This document shows, one piece after another, positions 1-13,185 of a stretch of DNA of 64,000 bases. Every line of letters starts with the position of its first letter. Positions within the stretch are counted from its first letter, which is position 1. Both the position numbers and the translations under genes were made by a program. Below the pieces are notes generated by a model that did no database searches, was not told the DNA's origin, and saw only the letters and a list, made by a program, of their open reading frames with translations. Source of the DNA: Camelus dromedarius. Lineage: Eukaryota. Location: the NCBI RefSeq assembly GCF_036321535.1, contig NC_087437.1, positions 100,442,001-100,506,000 of the forward strand, given 5' to 3'.

Positions 1-900
1 AAATCACAAATCATTTGAATCTATGTGAAACATCTTTGTTATTCCTCGCTCTCTAGTGGCTCATATTAATTTATAATCCTGCTCGGGGCCAAACACTGTT
101 TAGGACCAGGCTAGGCTAATCCCTCTCAGCCAGCTCTGGAGGAGGAATGGGCTACCTATCACGCACAGAAACCCAGGGACACCCAGGCAGGATGAACAAT
201 GTGATTTTCATTCCTGAGCAGCCTGTGTTCTCAGTCAGTTGGTCTCCTCCGGACTCAAGGCCCAGTTACCCTGGAGGTGGTGCTAGATGTAGAACAACAC
301 TGATGGTGTGCCTGCTGCAGTGATTTGATTTCTGATACCTGGGAAGTCAACTGGTTCATAATAAATGAGGATGACCTTTAGAATCTCACAGGGAATTGAT
401 AGTGGTGTTTACATCCCAGGAAAGGCCCAGAAAGATTATCTCCCAGCCCTTCTTAAAAAGTGATGACTGAAATAGGGAAACTCTCCGAGAGACTTCTGGG
501 CAGCTACTATAGCCAGGTATGTAGATAACACACCAATCTCAAACACAAGAAAAGTATCTTCTGCCCTTTAGCAGAAGTTGGAGCACTCTCGTAACACAAC
601 TTTCCCAGTGTTCTCTACCATATCTTGCTTTCCTGTTAACATTCCCTTTTCTTTCATGTCTGTCTTTTCTCAACTCTCAGATGTCTGATGAGGTACTTAG
701 GATCTCATAACTGTTCTTTTCAACAAAGGCTGAGTGCCCATATTTCCTAAGGGTGCAATAGTGAAGAGGGATATTATCAGAGGCGCTGATCTTAATAATA
801 GCAGGGTCTAGCTAAGAGCCTTCATTAGGGTAATTGCTCAGTTTCAGATCCAAATTTTAACCCACATAATCATCTCTTCTTGGATATCAGAAAATATCTC

Positions 901-1024
901 CTGTATTAGTTTCTTAAAGCTGCCATAACAAAATACCACAAACTGGGAGGCTTAAGGTAACAGAAGTTTATTCTCTCACAGATCTGGAGGCTAGAAGTCT
1001 GAAATCAAGATGTCAGCAGGGTTG
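901..1024 (-). mobile_element. MLT1 (ERVL-MaLR) LTR 3' fragment
   Basis: tgtattagtttc...gctgccataacaaaataccacaaactggg...ttctctcacag..ctggaggctagaagtctgaaatcaagatgtcagcagg is the typical reverse-strand MLT1 terminus. Confidence 0.85.
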
Positions 1025-1129
1025 ATTACTTATTCCCTGAATATTTTTCAGATTCATTCAGTTCTTCCCAACTCCACCTCCATTTTTGTATCTCAAACTC
1101 CCCTCTTCTCTAGCTCGTACCATAGTAAT

Positions 1130-1950
1130 CACCTTCTAACTGCAAATCACATTGACTTCTGCTCCTGTCTGAAAAGTTTGTATGTTGCATTTGAATTTCC
1201 CCCTGCCTCCCCCCATCACACACATCCATAAAACCCTTCATGACTTCTCAGTACCTTTAGAATAAAGCCAAACTCCTACACATGGCTGATAAAGTGCAGG
1301 GCATTGGGCTTTGCCTGCCTGTCCAGCCTGGGCCCATACCATGCCTCACCTCTCACTTTCTTAGGTCCAGCCACACTGGTATCCTTTTAGTCTCTCAAAT
1401 TTTAAAGTGTGTGCAAATCGCTTGAGAATATTGTTAAGATGCAGGTTTCAATTAAGTAGATCTGAGGTGGGCTGGAGAGTCTGCAGTTCTAACCAGCTCC
1501 CAGGTGATGCCAATGCTGCTGGTCCAAGACTCTGCTTTGAATCCAAAGACTGGTCAGTTCCCTATGCTCCCTTTGCCTGTGCTTTTGTACCTGCAGTTCC
1601 TGGTTTTCCTCAGTACCCTTTCCTCCTCTCTTCACTTGAACACATTGTTCAGATCTCAATTCACTATCAGTTTTCAGGGACTCCTTCTGTGACCTTCTTA
1701 TCCAAGTCAAATCAGGTCAACCCTGCAGTGAAGTCTCATGGAACCCTGTGTCTTTGCTTCTTAGCACTTGGCAGAGTTGATTTCTATGTTTTCTATGGAC
1801 ATCTTTGGATCAAATATTTATCTCCCCCACTAGACTCAAGGCTTCATGATGGAGAGTCTGTCTGTTTCTGATTACTGTTGCATCCCCAGAGTCCCACACA
1901 GTGTGGGGCTCTCAGAATAGACATTCATTAAATATTTGTTGAATGAATAA
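1130..1950 (+). mobile_element. L2 LINE 3' end, interrupted by MER5A
   Basis: ccagccacactgg, ccccactagact..aggcttcatga, ending aaatatttgttgaatgaata. Confidence 0.8.
1388..1552. mobile_element. MER5A hAT-Charlie MITE
   Basis: gtagatctgaggtgggctggagagtctgcagttctaaccagctcccaggtgatgccaatgctgctggtcc matches the MER5A core. Confidence 0.85.
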
Positions 1951-2775
1951 GGAGTGGTACTCAAGTCCCTAACACATGCTCCCTTCACTAGCAGGCAAAG
2001 GAGTGACTTAATCACGCTGCCTTGTTGGATGTTTAGCCCCTCAGAAGAAAATGGCTCTGTCTTTCCCTTGTTGTCACAGGGATTCTGCTGCCTTTATTTT
2101 GGATTGCTTCCGATAATGTCAACAACCTTTGCACGCACTCTGAATTTGTTTCTGCCTTGTGGCTGTTAAGCTCAGATGTTGACCAGGGTTTAATAAACTG
2201 GTGTCTTTGCAAGCCACAGTGATTCTCTCTGATTACTTCAAATAACAGGGGCTGATTGTAAGGCATGGACATAAGGTGGATGGAGATCTCCTCAGCTGGA
2301 CGGGCAGTCCACTCAGCAGAGCTCTTACTTCTGCCCAGGGTCTGACGCAGCTCTGGAGGCACCATGTCAAACGCGGAGGCTGGTTGCCCTGCTGTGTGGC
2401 CCCACCCTCAAGACGGCTCAGCTGGCCTTCCTGCCTCTGCATGGCTTAGAGTGTCTTTCATTTCCTGTTCTTGCCACCAGCCGGTTATCTCTCACTCCGA
2501 CTCGCTCGCTCGCTCGCAGTTCCCACCACTTCCTGGTCCGCGTGGCACCGCTGCATCTGCCTTCTTAGCTTTTACTCCCTGGTGTCTGCTGCTCGTATAC
2601 TGTGTGCACCTCGTGTTCAGGTTCACCCAGAGAGCATCTGACTGCTTTGCTTAAACTGCTGTGATCTTTTTCTGGTTCTCATGCCACAAGAAGCCTGGGC
2701 CACTGACCAGGTTTGCTGTGAGGTTGGTGCTCACAGTGGTCCAAGCAGGTCCAAGCAGGACAGTTTGCTCACATG

Positions 2776-2987
2776 CAGTGATGCACTGGGAGCGGCTCTT
2801 ACTGGTCCCCTAGAGCTGATGGTGAAATGTTTAGGAATTTGTTAAATTCAGTCAGCAGTCCAGTTGTTAAACAGTCTATAGCTGGAAATCAGCTGGTAGG
2901 AGTACTTATACACCACAAATAATGGCAAAGGCTATAAGTCAGGGCTCTTTTTTCCCCCGAGAGAGCCAGTTTGCCAGCACACGGCTG
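2776..2987 (+). mobile_element. MER63A-like hAT-Blackjack MITE
   Basis: Degenerate TIRs cagtgatgcactgg ... ccagcacacggctg; internal gttgttaaaca, gaaatcagc, tcagggctcttttttccccc. Confidence 0.75.
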
Positions 2988-3199
2988 AATGGAGTAGAGA
3001 ACAAGGCTCACCCGCAGGAAGCATGCAGAGCCCTTTCCCGTGGTTGTGTGGCTGCCATTCTGAGGTGCTCCTGATGGGGGCAGTGTAACTGGTAAGTGCC
3101 CTGTGTGGCTCGTTGAGTCTCACCTGGTCACTCCCTGGAGTTCCAAAGTACACATGGACTCCTTTCATCATTGTTGCTGCCCCCAGTTGCTGCTATATT

Positions 3200-3545
3200 T
3201 ATGGCTGAGTTTCCCCTGGAGCCAACTGTGAGATGGAGCCTTGTGTGCAGAAACTTACTGGGGAGTGTGCTTGAGTTCAACTCTTATGGAGGAGGAGAGG
3301 TAAGATTGCACAGAAGGAGGGGTTGAATTGTAATGTAGCTGTCAAGAAGGCATCAGCCAAATCTGATGAGAAGGACCAGTAATTGGATGGGGGCTGCCCT
3401 TTGGACAGGTGGCTCTTTTTAGAGTAGAGTGATTCCCAGGGAGGAACTCAGCTTAGAACATCAGATCAGCTGCCAACATTCCCAGTGACTGGAGAAATGA
3501 GTATCTGGCCTTAAGGGACACTCTGGATGTCTCACACACATGCAC
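3200..3545 (-). mobile_element. Old ERVL-class LTR remnant (LTR33-like)
   Basis: cccctggagccaactgtgagatggagccttgtgtgcagaaacttactggg resembles a reverse-strand ERVL LTR end; family uncertain. Confidence 0.5.
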
Positions 3546-4129
3546 TGCGTGCAGAAGTGAAAAAAGTGTCCAAAGTTGTTTAGGTTTCCCATGTTAAAGC
3601 TGTTTAAGTAGGAAAGTTTTCATTATTTTTAACAAATCTGTACAGATTGTAACTCTTATTTTATATGGCCTTTCTATTTTTCAGGGCCGTCATTTCCTGA
3701 AAAGAATTGTGGCCCAATTCCCTCACTAGCAGGATCAGAGGACAATGTAATTGTCACTGTAGTGTCACACTTACCTACCTTAATCATGTATGCCCTGCTC
3801 TGCTTGTCCTCTCTTCTCAGAGGGGCTCCTGTCTTCAACATGAGTGTCGTAAACCAATGATACTGATTGCACTGCAGCCTTTCTCTTCACATTCTCCATC
3901 TTGGCATTGGTTTCAGTGCTCCCCACTCCCCTTCTTTCTGGCAGACCTCTTGTATGTTTTTATAGGTGGGTCTTAGCAGCCTATGTTGACTTGCCCAGTT
4001 GCAGATGTGGGTGCCCCAAGAAGTGTTATCTTGGGGGGAACTTTGTGAGATATGGCATGTTAAAGATGACTCTGAGTTCTCTGACACTCTCCTGTTGAGA
4101 ATTTTGGGGGTTTAGTTGTCTATGTCCCT

Positions 4130-4600
4130 TTACTCTGAAAACGTGTGACTCAGTGTTTGCCCTGACCAGGAGGAAATGGCAGAGATGGCATTGTACCTGT
4201 TGCTTGGCCCAGTCCTTAAGAAACTGGAAGGTTCTATCTCCAGTTTTTAGAAAACTTCTTCCAAGAACATGTAAGTCCAGCTACTTGAGACCATCATGCT
4301 GGAGAGGCCAGAATAGGCACTCTGGTCAGTGGCTGCAGCTGAGTCCTGGCTGCCAGTCATCCCCTCCTGGGTGCCAGACGTGTGCATGAAGCTGCATTGG
4401 ACCCTCCACTCAGCACATCCACTGGGCAGATATCCTGAGCAGCCTCAGTCAATGCCATGGGAAGCAGAAGGATTACCCAGCTGAGTCCTGCCTAAATTCC
4501 TGATTGGATACAAAAGGTCTTAAGATACCATCAAATGAATATTGCTTTGAGCCACTAAAGTTTGAATTGCTCTGTGACACAGCAGTGAATCCCAGGATCA
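4130..4600 (+). mobile_element. MLT1G/H-like MaLR LTR
   Basis: ccttaagaaactgg, gagaccatcatgctggagaggcc, cccagctgagtcctgcctaaattcctga, tttgagccactaaagttt. Confidence 0.8.
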
Positions 4601-6867
4601 TCAGGAATGTGGCATTCTCAGTCTCTGACCAGGACAGTGATATTTTCCTCATAGTTGTTTCATAAGTACTGCAATTAAATGTTCCAAAAATATCAACTGC
4701 TTAAATATGTTGCTCAGAATTCATTAAGCAATTAAGTGTCTAAGACCTCTTTCTGTTATCTGCCTCGACATGTAAGGGATGTGTGTTGGGAGTTCACAGC
4801 CTTTTTTCTATTAGATGAGTAGATATGGAGAGTGCCAGGTCTTTTTCTCTCTGTTCCCCCCTTTCCTTTAGAGTATAGTCCTTTTGATCCAACCTGTAAC
4901 CTTGTAGAAGGGAATATGAAGTGGTTGGAAAATAGAGGGTTAAAAGCAGTGGTATTTGGGGCCACCTTCACTCCTTCAGAATGGAATGGAATCCTAGAAT
5001 GTGTTCCATTTACTACTTGGGGGCTGTTATCTCTCCTTGAGGACAGAGAGCTTTAAAAGTCTGACCTTGCTAGGAAGATGCTTTTATCTGCTCTCCTTCC
5101 ATTGGGGAGAAACCAGCTTTTCACGGAAAAATTTCAATTGTTTTTTTTAAAAAGAGAAAGAATGGAATCTTCACTGAACTGCAGCAGAAATGTGGACCCT
5201 GTGAAATGAAATATGATTGAGAAATTATTCCCAAATCGAATCAGACAATGAACAAAGAATCTGACTTCTGCATACTAAGACACTGTCCCTGTGAGCCTTG
5301 CTGTGGTAAAATCTTCTGTGGTCAGGCAGTGTCAGATACCCCGAGAAGCCTCCTGAGAATTCTTTGTGATTTGACTCATAATTTTGCACTCCCTGTCCTT
5401 CTCTGCTGTGCTCTTGGGTAAGCACAGAGAGGACTCTGTGGAGCTGCTTTGAGCTGCTAAGGTTTGAATAGACCAGAAAAGAGTGCAGGAACATTAACTG
5501 TCCTGTGCATAGGACTAACCCCATCACAGTGTCTTCTGTGCACTGGAATTACAGAGGTGAAGAGGGAGTCCACCCCAATGCCCTCTTTCTCTCATGAAGA
5601 AGAGGGAGGCCCAAATAATTTACATGACTGATCAGTATCACATAGCCAGTTACTGACAAGTTGGGATTAGAAAAGCAGTCATTGTATTGTGACCACATCA
5701 ACTCCTGCTTTTATAAATTTGTTCTGTGCCAGGCACTGGTGGTCAAGAGCTGAATAAGACAGAGGTGGTCTTGGCCTCGTGGAGCTTACTCAGAGCAATC
5801 TAGGGAGGCTGAATTAAAAAATGGAACCCTGTGATGGAGTACAGAGTTAGTAGGATCTTAATCAAATTAAACTTTCCTTGGCAGAGTCTTACTTATTGAA
5901 CTGATGTTAGAGTCACCGAAATTTCTTCTAGGATATTCTGATACCCAGAACATTCTTGGGGGAGAAAAGTTTGCTCTTCTTCCCTGATTTTATTAAATAT
6001 TTTTTTAGCGATTAAGTTCACAGGCTTCATTTCTATTACTTTGTTGCGAGCTTTGCCCTTGTTCCCATGGAAACCTGGAAGCTGCCTCGTCAATCTCAGG
6101 TTCTACGGCTAAGGTTGATAGCCCTGTAAAAGGTTTATTCGTCTGATTTTGTTGTCAGGGAGAGTTATTTATTTACTCTGATCCTTTTAGTTTATACTCT
6201 TTATCAAGTGGAACTGATTGTTGATATGAGACAAATAGACAAGTTGATATATGAATATAGACAATTCTGATATGATGTAATTTGCATTTAGAAGAAGGTT
6301 CTAGAGCACTCTCAGGGCAAGATACAGTTTATCTTTCTGTATAAATATGTTAGCAGCAACAATTGAATGAGAAACAACCTAAAGACAAGATTGGATGGGA
6401 ATGTGTTGGGATAAACCATGCTATATTGCCTGTATTCAACTGTTTATAATCTACAAAAATGGCAATGTCCTGTAATTCAACTAGATGTATTCTATTGCCT
6501 GTATCAAAATCAGTTTGATTTGATAATCATTTATCTATCTTGGGACAATTGCCTTAAAAGCTTTGGGCAGTTTTACCTGTGCACAGCTCAGTTTCCTTAT
6601 TTGAATAGTGGAGATAATGATTGATTTATAAAGTCACTTTCTCCAGCCTGACACATGTTGCTTACTTCTCAGGTCCTCCACAGGCAAGAACTCTCAGATT
6701 GGCTGGCTCACACCTTTAACCCTCTCCTTGGATAACTTGAGCCTTTTTTTGCACGACCTCTTAGTCACAGGTTGAAATCATTTTTTGTGAAGCCACCTGC
6801 ATCACAACTCATTGGCTCCAGCACATTTACACTGTGTTTGTTATCCTCAGGCTCTGCCTTATTAGTT

Positions 6868-7045
6868 GAGTGGTTTGCAACCTTGGATGTGTACTAGAAC
6901 CACCCAGTGAGCTTTTAAACTGTACTGACGCCTAGACTCCACCATAGAGTTCCTGATTCCATTGGTCTTGGGAGTGCCAAGGCATCGGTATTGTTTCAGA
7001 AGCTCCTCAGGTGATTCTAATACGCAGCCCAGGCTAGAACCAAAG
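6868..7045. mobile_element. MER5A1-like MITE
   Basis: agtggtttgcaaccttgg...attggtct...agctcctcaggtgattctaatacgcagcc. Confidence 0.8.
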
Positions 7046-7869
7046 TGCCCTGATCAGTCACTCCATGCTTCTGCCTCTTGATTAATGTTCTCCTTCTCAC
7101 TCATGAGGCCCCTGTGTCCTGAGGACTTAATCCAGGTCATATTTATACTTTTTGTCTGGTTTTTAAATGCAGCCCTTTCCATCTTCTGCATCAACAAGTT
7201 GTTTGTGAAGAAGAGTTTCTACCGGAAAGCCTGGGGGAAGAGAGGCATTCAGAAAAAGGCTGCTGAGACTGGAGACTCTGGGGTGTTTGGGTATGGAGGG
7301 CTCACGCCACTGCTGGTGGGATTTTCCTGTTACCAATGGAAGTCTCAACCAACGTGAATACAGCAGTGAGAACTGCCCAGGAGATACAGGAGGTAAGGCT
7401 TTGAGATCTGAAATTTGCCGAGTGGGGTTCCTGACTTGTAACACCCTTGTGCTTTCTCTGCCTCACTCATCGGGTCCTCTGAATGCAACCTGACGTTCTG
7501 GACACAAGCCATTAATACCACTGTAAATATCTTTGCTGGCCCAGTTCCTTTCTGTTCATATTGATGGCTGGAATTCTGTCCAAATTCTGCCTGCTCCATG
7601 AAGCCTTTCCAGAGTCCACCCCCAGCCAGTCTCATATATTGTTTGGAGCTTCCATGACATCTGGCTGCAGGCAGCGTAGAAATAGCAATGGCCTGGGGAT
7701 CAGACTGGGTTCTAGTTTTGCACAAACCCATGGTGTCTGATCATTTATACTCACAGTAAGTATTTGCCAAATGACCGAATGATGGAATGCATGAGTTGCC
7801 TTGGGCAAGAATCTTTTCTGAATCTCCTCTCTTTATCTCTGGAATAGGGCCATTTTACAGAGATTTATT

Positions 7870-8037
7870 TTCTCTAAGAGTGGTCCTTGGAATGCCTGTA
7901 TCAAAATCCCCTGGGGTTCTTATTTAAATGCTAAACTCTGCCCTCCCATCTGAGTCAGAATTGCTGGAGGCCTGAGAATGTATGTTTAATATGCACCCCA
8001 GGTGATTATTACGCTCAATACAGTTGGAAAACCCCTG
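7870..8037. mobile_element. MER5B-like MITE
   Basis: gtggtcc...cctgtatcaaaatcccctgggg...gcaccccaggtgattattacgc..cagttggaaaacccctg. Confidence 0.7.
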
Positions 8038-10109
8038 AATTAAGGGTCATTTGTTCAATTAAAGTGACATGATGGCAGTTACAAATGTAAACCCTTGGTA
8101 TATTCATAGAGGTGGAAAGTTCTTTGTGTTGAAGTTAGAAGAGCTCTCTTGGTTGGAAATGTGTTACTAGTGGAAAGAGCTTGAAATACTCCAGGCACAT
8201 TAGTATCATCTGCAGGTGGAAGTATGCTGGGCAGAGTGATAGCAGCCCATTGGAATATCTTTGATTACTTACAGATCCTCCCCCTTCATAGTCAATAATT
8301 ACGCATTAAACACCTGCTCATCAGGCTAAACCAAGCCCTGGGGATACAAAGGGTGATTTTGCCACATCTGTTCCATATAGATGTGGCCATTATTATTCCT
8401 GCTTTGCAGAGTTGTTTCCAGGACCAGGAACCAGAAGACTTAGGAGGTAACTAAGCCCAATTCCCCAGGTGCTCGACTGTCTTCCTACCAAATCTTGAAC
8501 TATGCATTGCAACTTCTTTTTGCACAGTGTCTATGGATTCTGTTTTCCATAGGAATGACTTCTGAATTTTATAAAGGAGATAAATGAGGGAGAATAAGAT
8601 TTTCTTCATAAGAATTTTTGGGGCAGATATCTTTGCTGTGATGTACCAAATCTAAGCAGAGTCTACATGCTATGTTACAGGTTTTTGGACTGAAAAAATC
8701 TCCTAAAGATGTAATATAATCACCAGCTGTGCCACCTTTATTACTGCTCAAATCATCATCTGTCTTCAGATGAAATTTCTAGTCATCAAAGAGCAGACTT
8801 GCTGTGTTTCTGATTAATTGTCAGAGCCCTTCTTAGAAAAGCTGGCTTTTATTTCTGACTACGTTACCGAGCCACTGTGTGATCTTAAGTATGTAAAAGA
8901 GCTTTGAGATATCTTGGTTTCACATTCTGTAAAATGGAGATAAAAATACATTCCATACATCTTTCAGAAGCACCATGGAGATTAATGAGACAGTGTTAGC
9001 AAGCATATTAAAGTCACCCAATTATTTTCATATTCAGGTTTCAGATTCATTTCCTAATACCAAAAAAGGATCATGTATTTAAAAAAAAAAGTGACTATGT
9101 AGGATTAAGATTATAGTGAGCTGTAATAGTTATTTCCCCAAAAGAATGAACAGATGACAAGGAGGATTATTAAGCTTCTATATATAAATCTTCTCTTTTA
9201 CTTTAATTCCACACTTTGACCATACTTTAGAAGACATTTTTTTTTATTACAGTGCCAGGAATTTTGATACATATGCCAAGCCGTCTGTTTAATTTAAAAA
9301 AACCACTGAAATGGACTAAACCCTTACATCGTCAGTAATCATGAGCTTTATTGAGTAATGAGGGTGATAGATACCCCTAAGCAAGCAGTAAGCTCAGAGA
9401 CCAGCTCCTGGGTGATTGTCATTATCTCTGGGACAACTCCGTCCCTGCTGGAGGAAACCTGAACCAAAATTCATGGACTAAGGGTGAGAGGGGACGATCC
9501 ATCATCTCCAGCCCATCCATCATGCTGTTGCCCCACGTTGTGCAGGGAGTTTTCCTGCCATGAATTTCATCAGAGGCTGTATTTCATAAGTGGAGCCTGG
9601 TGATCAGACTGAAGGGTCACCCTGAAGCCCCATCTGGAGAGTGGGCATCACGTGGCTGCCTGTCTCTCCTAGATAGATGGCTGCCCTTGCAGCCACATGT
9701 TTTAGAGATATGGAAAGCAGCTTAGAAAAAGCTGAGGGACCAGCCTGTGGCTGCAGAAGTGGACACAAAACACAGGATTTGTGAGTTGAGGGGGAGAAGA
9801 GGGGCTAGAGGTGGGAGAAAAGAGGGATCAGAAAAAGCAGGAAATAAAATATGGAAAAATGAACACAATATAAGTAAGGTGGGAGAAGAGAATAAAGCAT
9901 AGATGGAAATAAACCAGAAAGAGATTTATCTTTACATTCACTGAGATGATCGGTTTGGGGGCAAATCCTCCACAAAGTTCCTGTGTCAAGTGTACATGCA
10001 TCTACTTTCCTGGAAACCTTTCATTTTCAAAGTGTTTGTGTGAATCCTCCCCACTCAATCCTCTCAATAAGCTAGGTCAATATTATCCCTATTTTACATG
10101 TGAGTAAAA

Positions 10110-11710
10110 GGAGGCAGATTATCGTCAAGCTTAAGCTTCAGGGCATTTCGCCAGCACAGGCTCTGGGAGGAATCCTGACGGTGTGATTACATTGTCACAT
10201 ATTTCTGTAAACTTACGAGAGAAAGCATATCTTCAGATTACTGCTGTCTCTTTCCTTTCTGACTTCTCCACCGTGCTTCACCTCGTCTTGGATGACAATG
10301 GGCATTTGTGGTAACTGGCTGAGGGAAGTGGAGGTGAGGATGCACTTCGATGGGGCGTGGTGGAATATATTTAGAAGGTTCTAGGTCACTGCCATGAATG
10401 GTTAAGCCATTGCTAGTTGTCCCAAGGTTTAGATGTGGTGCTCCTTTCCCTCGATTCAGTCTCTGATCCCGGTGGACAGTAGAGAAGAAAGGAGGCTTGA
10501 AATAAAGAAGCTAGTTTGGGAGACACTTTTCCAGTCATCTGATTTGTAAAACTGTAAGAGACCATGGAAAGGCATGGAGGAATTTTAAATGCACCTTGCT
10601 AAGTGAAAGAAGCCAATCTGGAAAGGCTACACACAGTGTAATTCCAACTATAAGACATTTTGGAAAAGGCTGAAGTGGAGCAATGAAAAAATCAGTTGCT
10701 GCCGGGGTTGGGGAGTGGGGAGATGGAGGAGTTGATTAGTCAGAGAACATAGAGAATTTTTAGGGCAGTGAAGATACTCTGTATGACATTATAATGATGG
10801 ATATATGTCATTATACATTTGTCCAAACCCATAGAATATACAGCAATAAGAGTGAACTCAAGGTCAACTATGGTCTTTGGGTGATTATGATGTGTTGATG
10901 TAGGTTCATTTTGGTAAAGATGTAGCATTCTGGTGAGTGATGTTTGGTAATGGGGCAGGCTGTGCATGTGCGGGGATGTGGAGTATATGGGAATCTCTGT
11001 ACATTCCTCTCAGTTTTGTTGTAAACCTAAAACTGCTCCAAAAAATGTCTTAAAATTGTAAAATACAAACATCGCAAAAAAAAAAAAAAGTCAAAAGCAG
11101 GGAGGATTCAGTTATTTTTGATGTCTAGTCAAAGTAGAGATTTCCTCCTGTCAGAAACATACTTGATCATATAGCACATATAACTATATGCATACCATTT
11201 TCTTCTTTTATTAGATGGGAATCCCACAAAATAGAATTTATTATAATTGCTGTGTTTGTAAGGCAAAGCCAATAGCAATACTTACAAACGACAAGTACCA
11301 CCGAGTGTGAAGCTGGGTTTTTTTTAATGGTTCCCAACTATTGATGATAGAAAAACAAGATTCAATTAATCATGCTAGAAAAAAAATTATCTTTGTCCCC
11401 TTAAAAAAGTATTATAAAATTGTCATCATATGAGGACAGCATCAAATAGTATGCAGCCAAAACTGTAGGGGGTAAAGTATGATAGTGCTATGTGAGGCAG
11501 CATGAACATATCTTATTTTTCAAGATTTTGTGATAGTTGTGGTATTCGTGAGCATTCAGAATTTTTTTTGTTATTATTTCATTTCTCACTATATTAAATA
11601 AGTACTCACTTTCATGCTTAATTTTGGATTAGTAATTGGATATTTTTCTTAAAGAGGGTCTTTAAATTACATGTAATCTTTAGGTTCCACAGAACCCGGA
11701 TTTGATCCTG
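10110..11710 (+). mobile_element. Arthur1-like hAT-Tip100 DNA transposon (internally deleted), split by an L1 insertion
   Basis: Left end gaggcagatt..aagcttaagcttcagggc; right end ttttcttaaagagggtc...ccacagaacccggatttgatcctg; internal gtatgcagccaaaa. Confidence 0.75.
10561..11090 (+). mobile_element. L1MC-type 3' end with poly(A) tail
   Basis: ctaagtgaaagaagccaatctggaaaggctac...tttgtccaaacccatagaat...gtatatgggaatctctgtac...aaacctaaaactgctc followed by an A-run. Confidence 0.85.
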
Positions 11711-12152
11711 GAGATTAAAGGTCAGATAAATAGCTTTTCTAAGGTCACATGGCAGTTGGCAAAATGGGCCACACAGCACAGCTGAGTTCTCTTCTGCCAT
11801 CTGTCTAGCACTTTAGTCTTTTGCCAGCTTTAAGAGAAAAGTGAATATTGCTCTGGATATGCATTCCAGAAAACATAAACACATTTAAATTGATGTAATG
11901 AAATACATAAACATCAGAAGGATAAGACCCAGAAGGAAATGACTAATAAGTCAGTAATTTTATCAAGTGGTAAATTTAGTTATGAAAAATATTTAAAAGT
12001 AAAACAAAAATTAACTGAATTTATTGAGTTTCCCTTTTATATAGTGATGAATGGAGAGTACACATGTATATTCATCAGGCAATAGGAATAGCAAACTTGA
12101 GTTCAGAAAACCTTGATTAAAGTCCCCTTTCCGGTTCTAAGGAGCCTGGTGA

Positions 12153-12530
12153 TTGTAGCAGGTTTGATTAATTGTTCCTCCCTTTTTCATCCTTTCAGGG
12201 CCAGTCCCTCAGTTACAGCCTCCCAGCTGGACTGCATTTAGGTTAGGCGTAGCTGTATAACGAAGTTTTGGCCAATGGGCTGCAAGTAAAAATGATGTGG
12301 GTTCTTCCTTATAATGTTTTTAACAAGAAAGAGTGGCCTGCCTGCCCCTTCCTTTTTCCCTCTTTCCCCGAGGCTGGAATGCAGATCAGATATGGCATTA
12401 GTGAGCTTCTGGTCACCTGCTAAGGGCAAAACCTAAAGGAGCAACAAAATGGAAGGAGCCTGGGTCCTCAGATAATTTCACACTGTCTTCTAGGCTGTGA
12501 AATGAGAGAGAAATAAATCATTAAATGTGT
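12153..12530 (+). mobile_element. MLT1J-like MaLR LTR
   Basis: ttttggccaatggg, ggctggaatgcagat, ggagcaacaaaatggaaggagcctgggtcc, tgagagagaaataaa. Confidence 0.75.
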
Positions 12531-12939
12531 GTTTTTTTTCCAGAAGAGGTAGACAACTCCATGATGATAATCATACTGCAATATGTGTACAAATGTATCA
12601 AGTCAATGAGTTGTATATACTACACTTATACAATGTTGAATGTTAATTATATCTCATTTTTCAATGGCTTTTTTGGTACCACTGTATTGTTGAGATCTTC
12701 TTGTAAAAATAAGCTTAATCTGTACCATAGTCAACAGAGTGAACGATGGGCAAATTATCACCTCTCAAACCTTCTATTTCCTTGCATGTAAAATAGGGAC
12801 CACAATGCCAAGCCTGGCTACGCATGCATCTGCTCCAAGTTTTAAACTAAATAATGTAGATCAGAGATGAACACATTGTTTGATAGAAAATATTATTTGT
12901 ATTTGGATATTACTGCTGAAAAAGGTGAGATGAAGGTTT

Positions 12940-13185
12940 TTATTTTTTAAATAACCTTTTTATTTTTGGAATAAACCTAGATTAATAGAAAATTAACAAA
13001 GTAGGTACAGAATTTCTGTATGCCCTCAGCCAGTTTGCCCTAATATTAACATTTTATATTCCCATGGCACATTTGATAAAACTATAATATCAGCATTGAT
13101 CTGTTTCTATAAATCCAGACTTTATTTGGATTTCACTAATTTTCCCAGTAATGTCCTTTCTTCTCTTCCAGGACCCTATCTGGGA
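12940..13185 (-). mobile_element. L1MC-type 3' end fragment
   Basis: ccctaatattaacatttt..ccatggcacatttg..cagactttatttggatttcac..ttccagga. Confidence 0.75.

Noticed and set aside
1407..1871. 154-aa ORF
   Set aside because: It spans MER5A and L2 remnants.
2738..2759. 10-bp tandem repeat ggtccaagca x2 (also gccaggcaccat x2 at 25361-25390)
   Set aside because: Real but short slippage-type duplications with no further structure.
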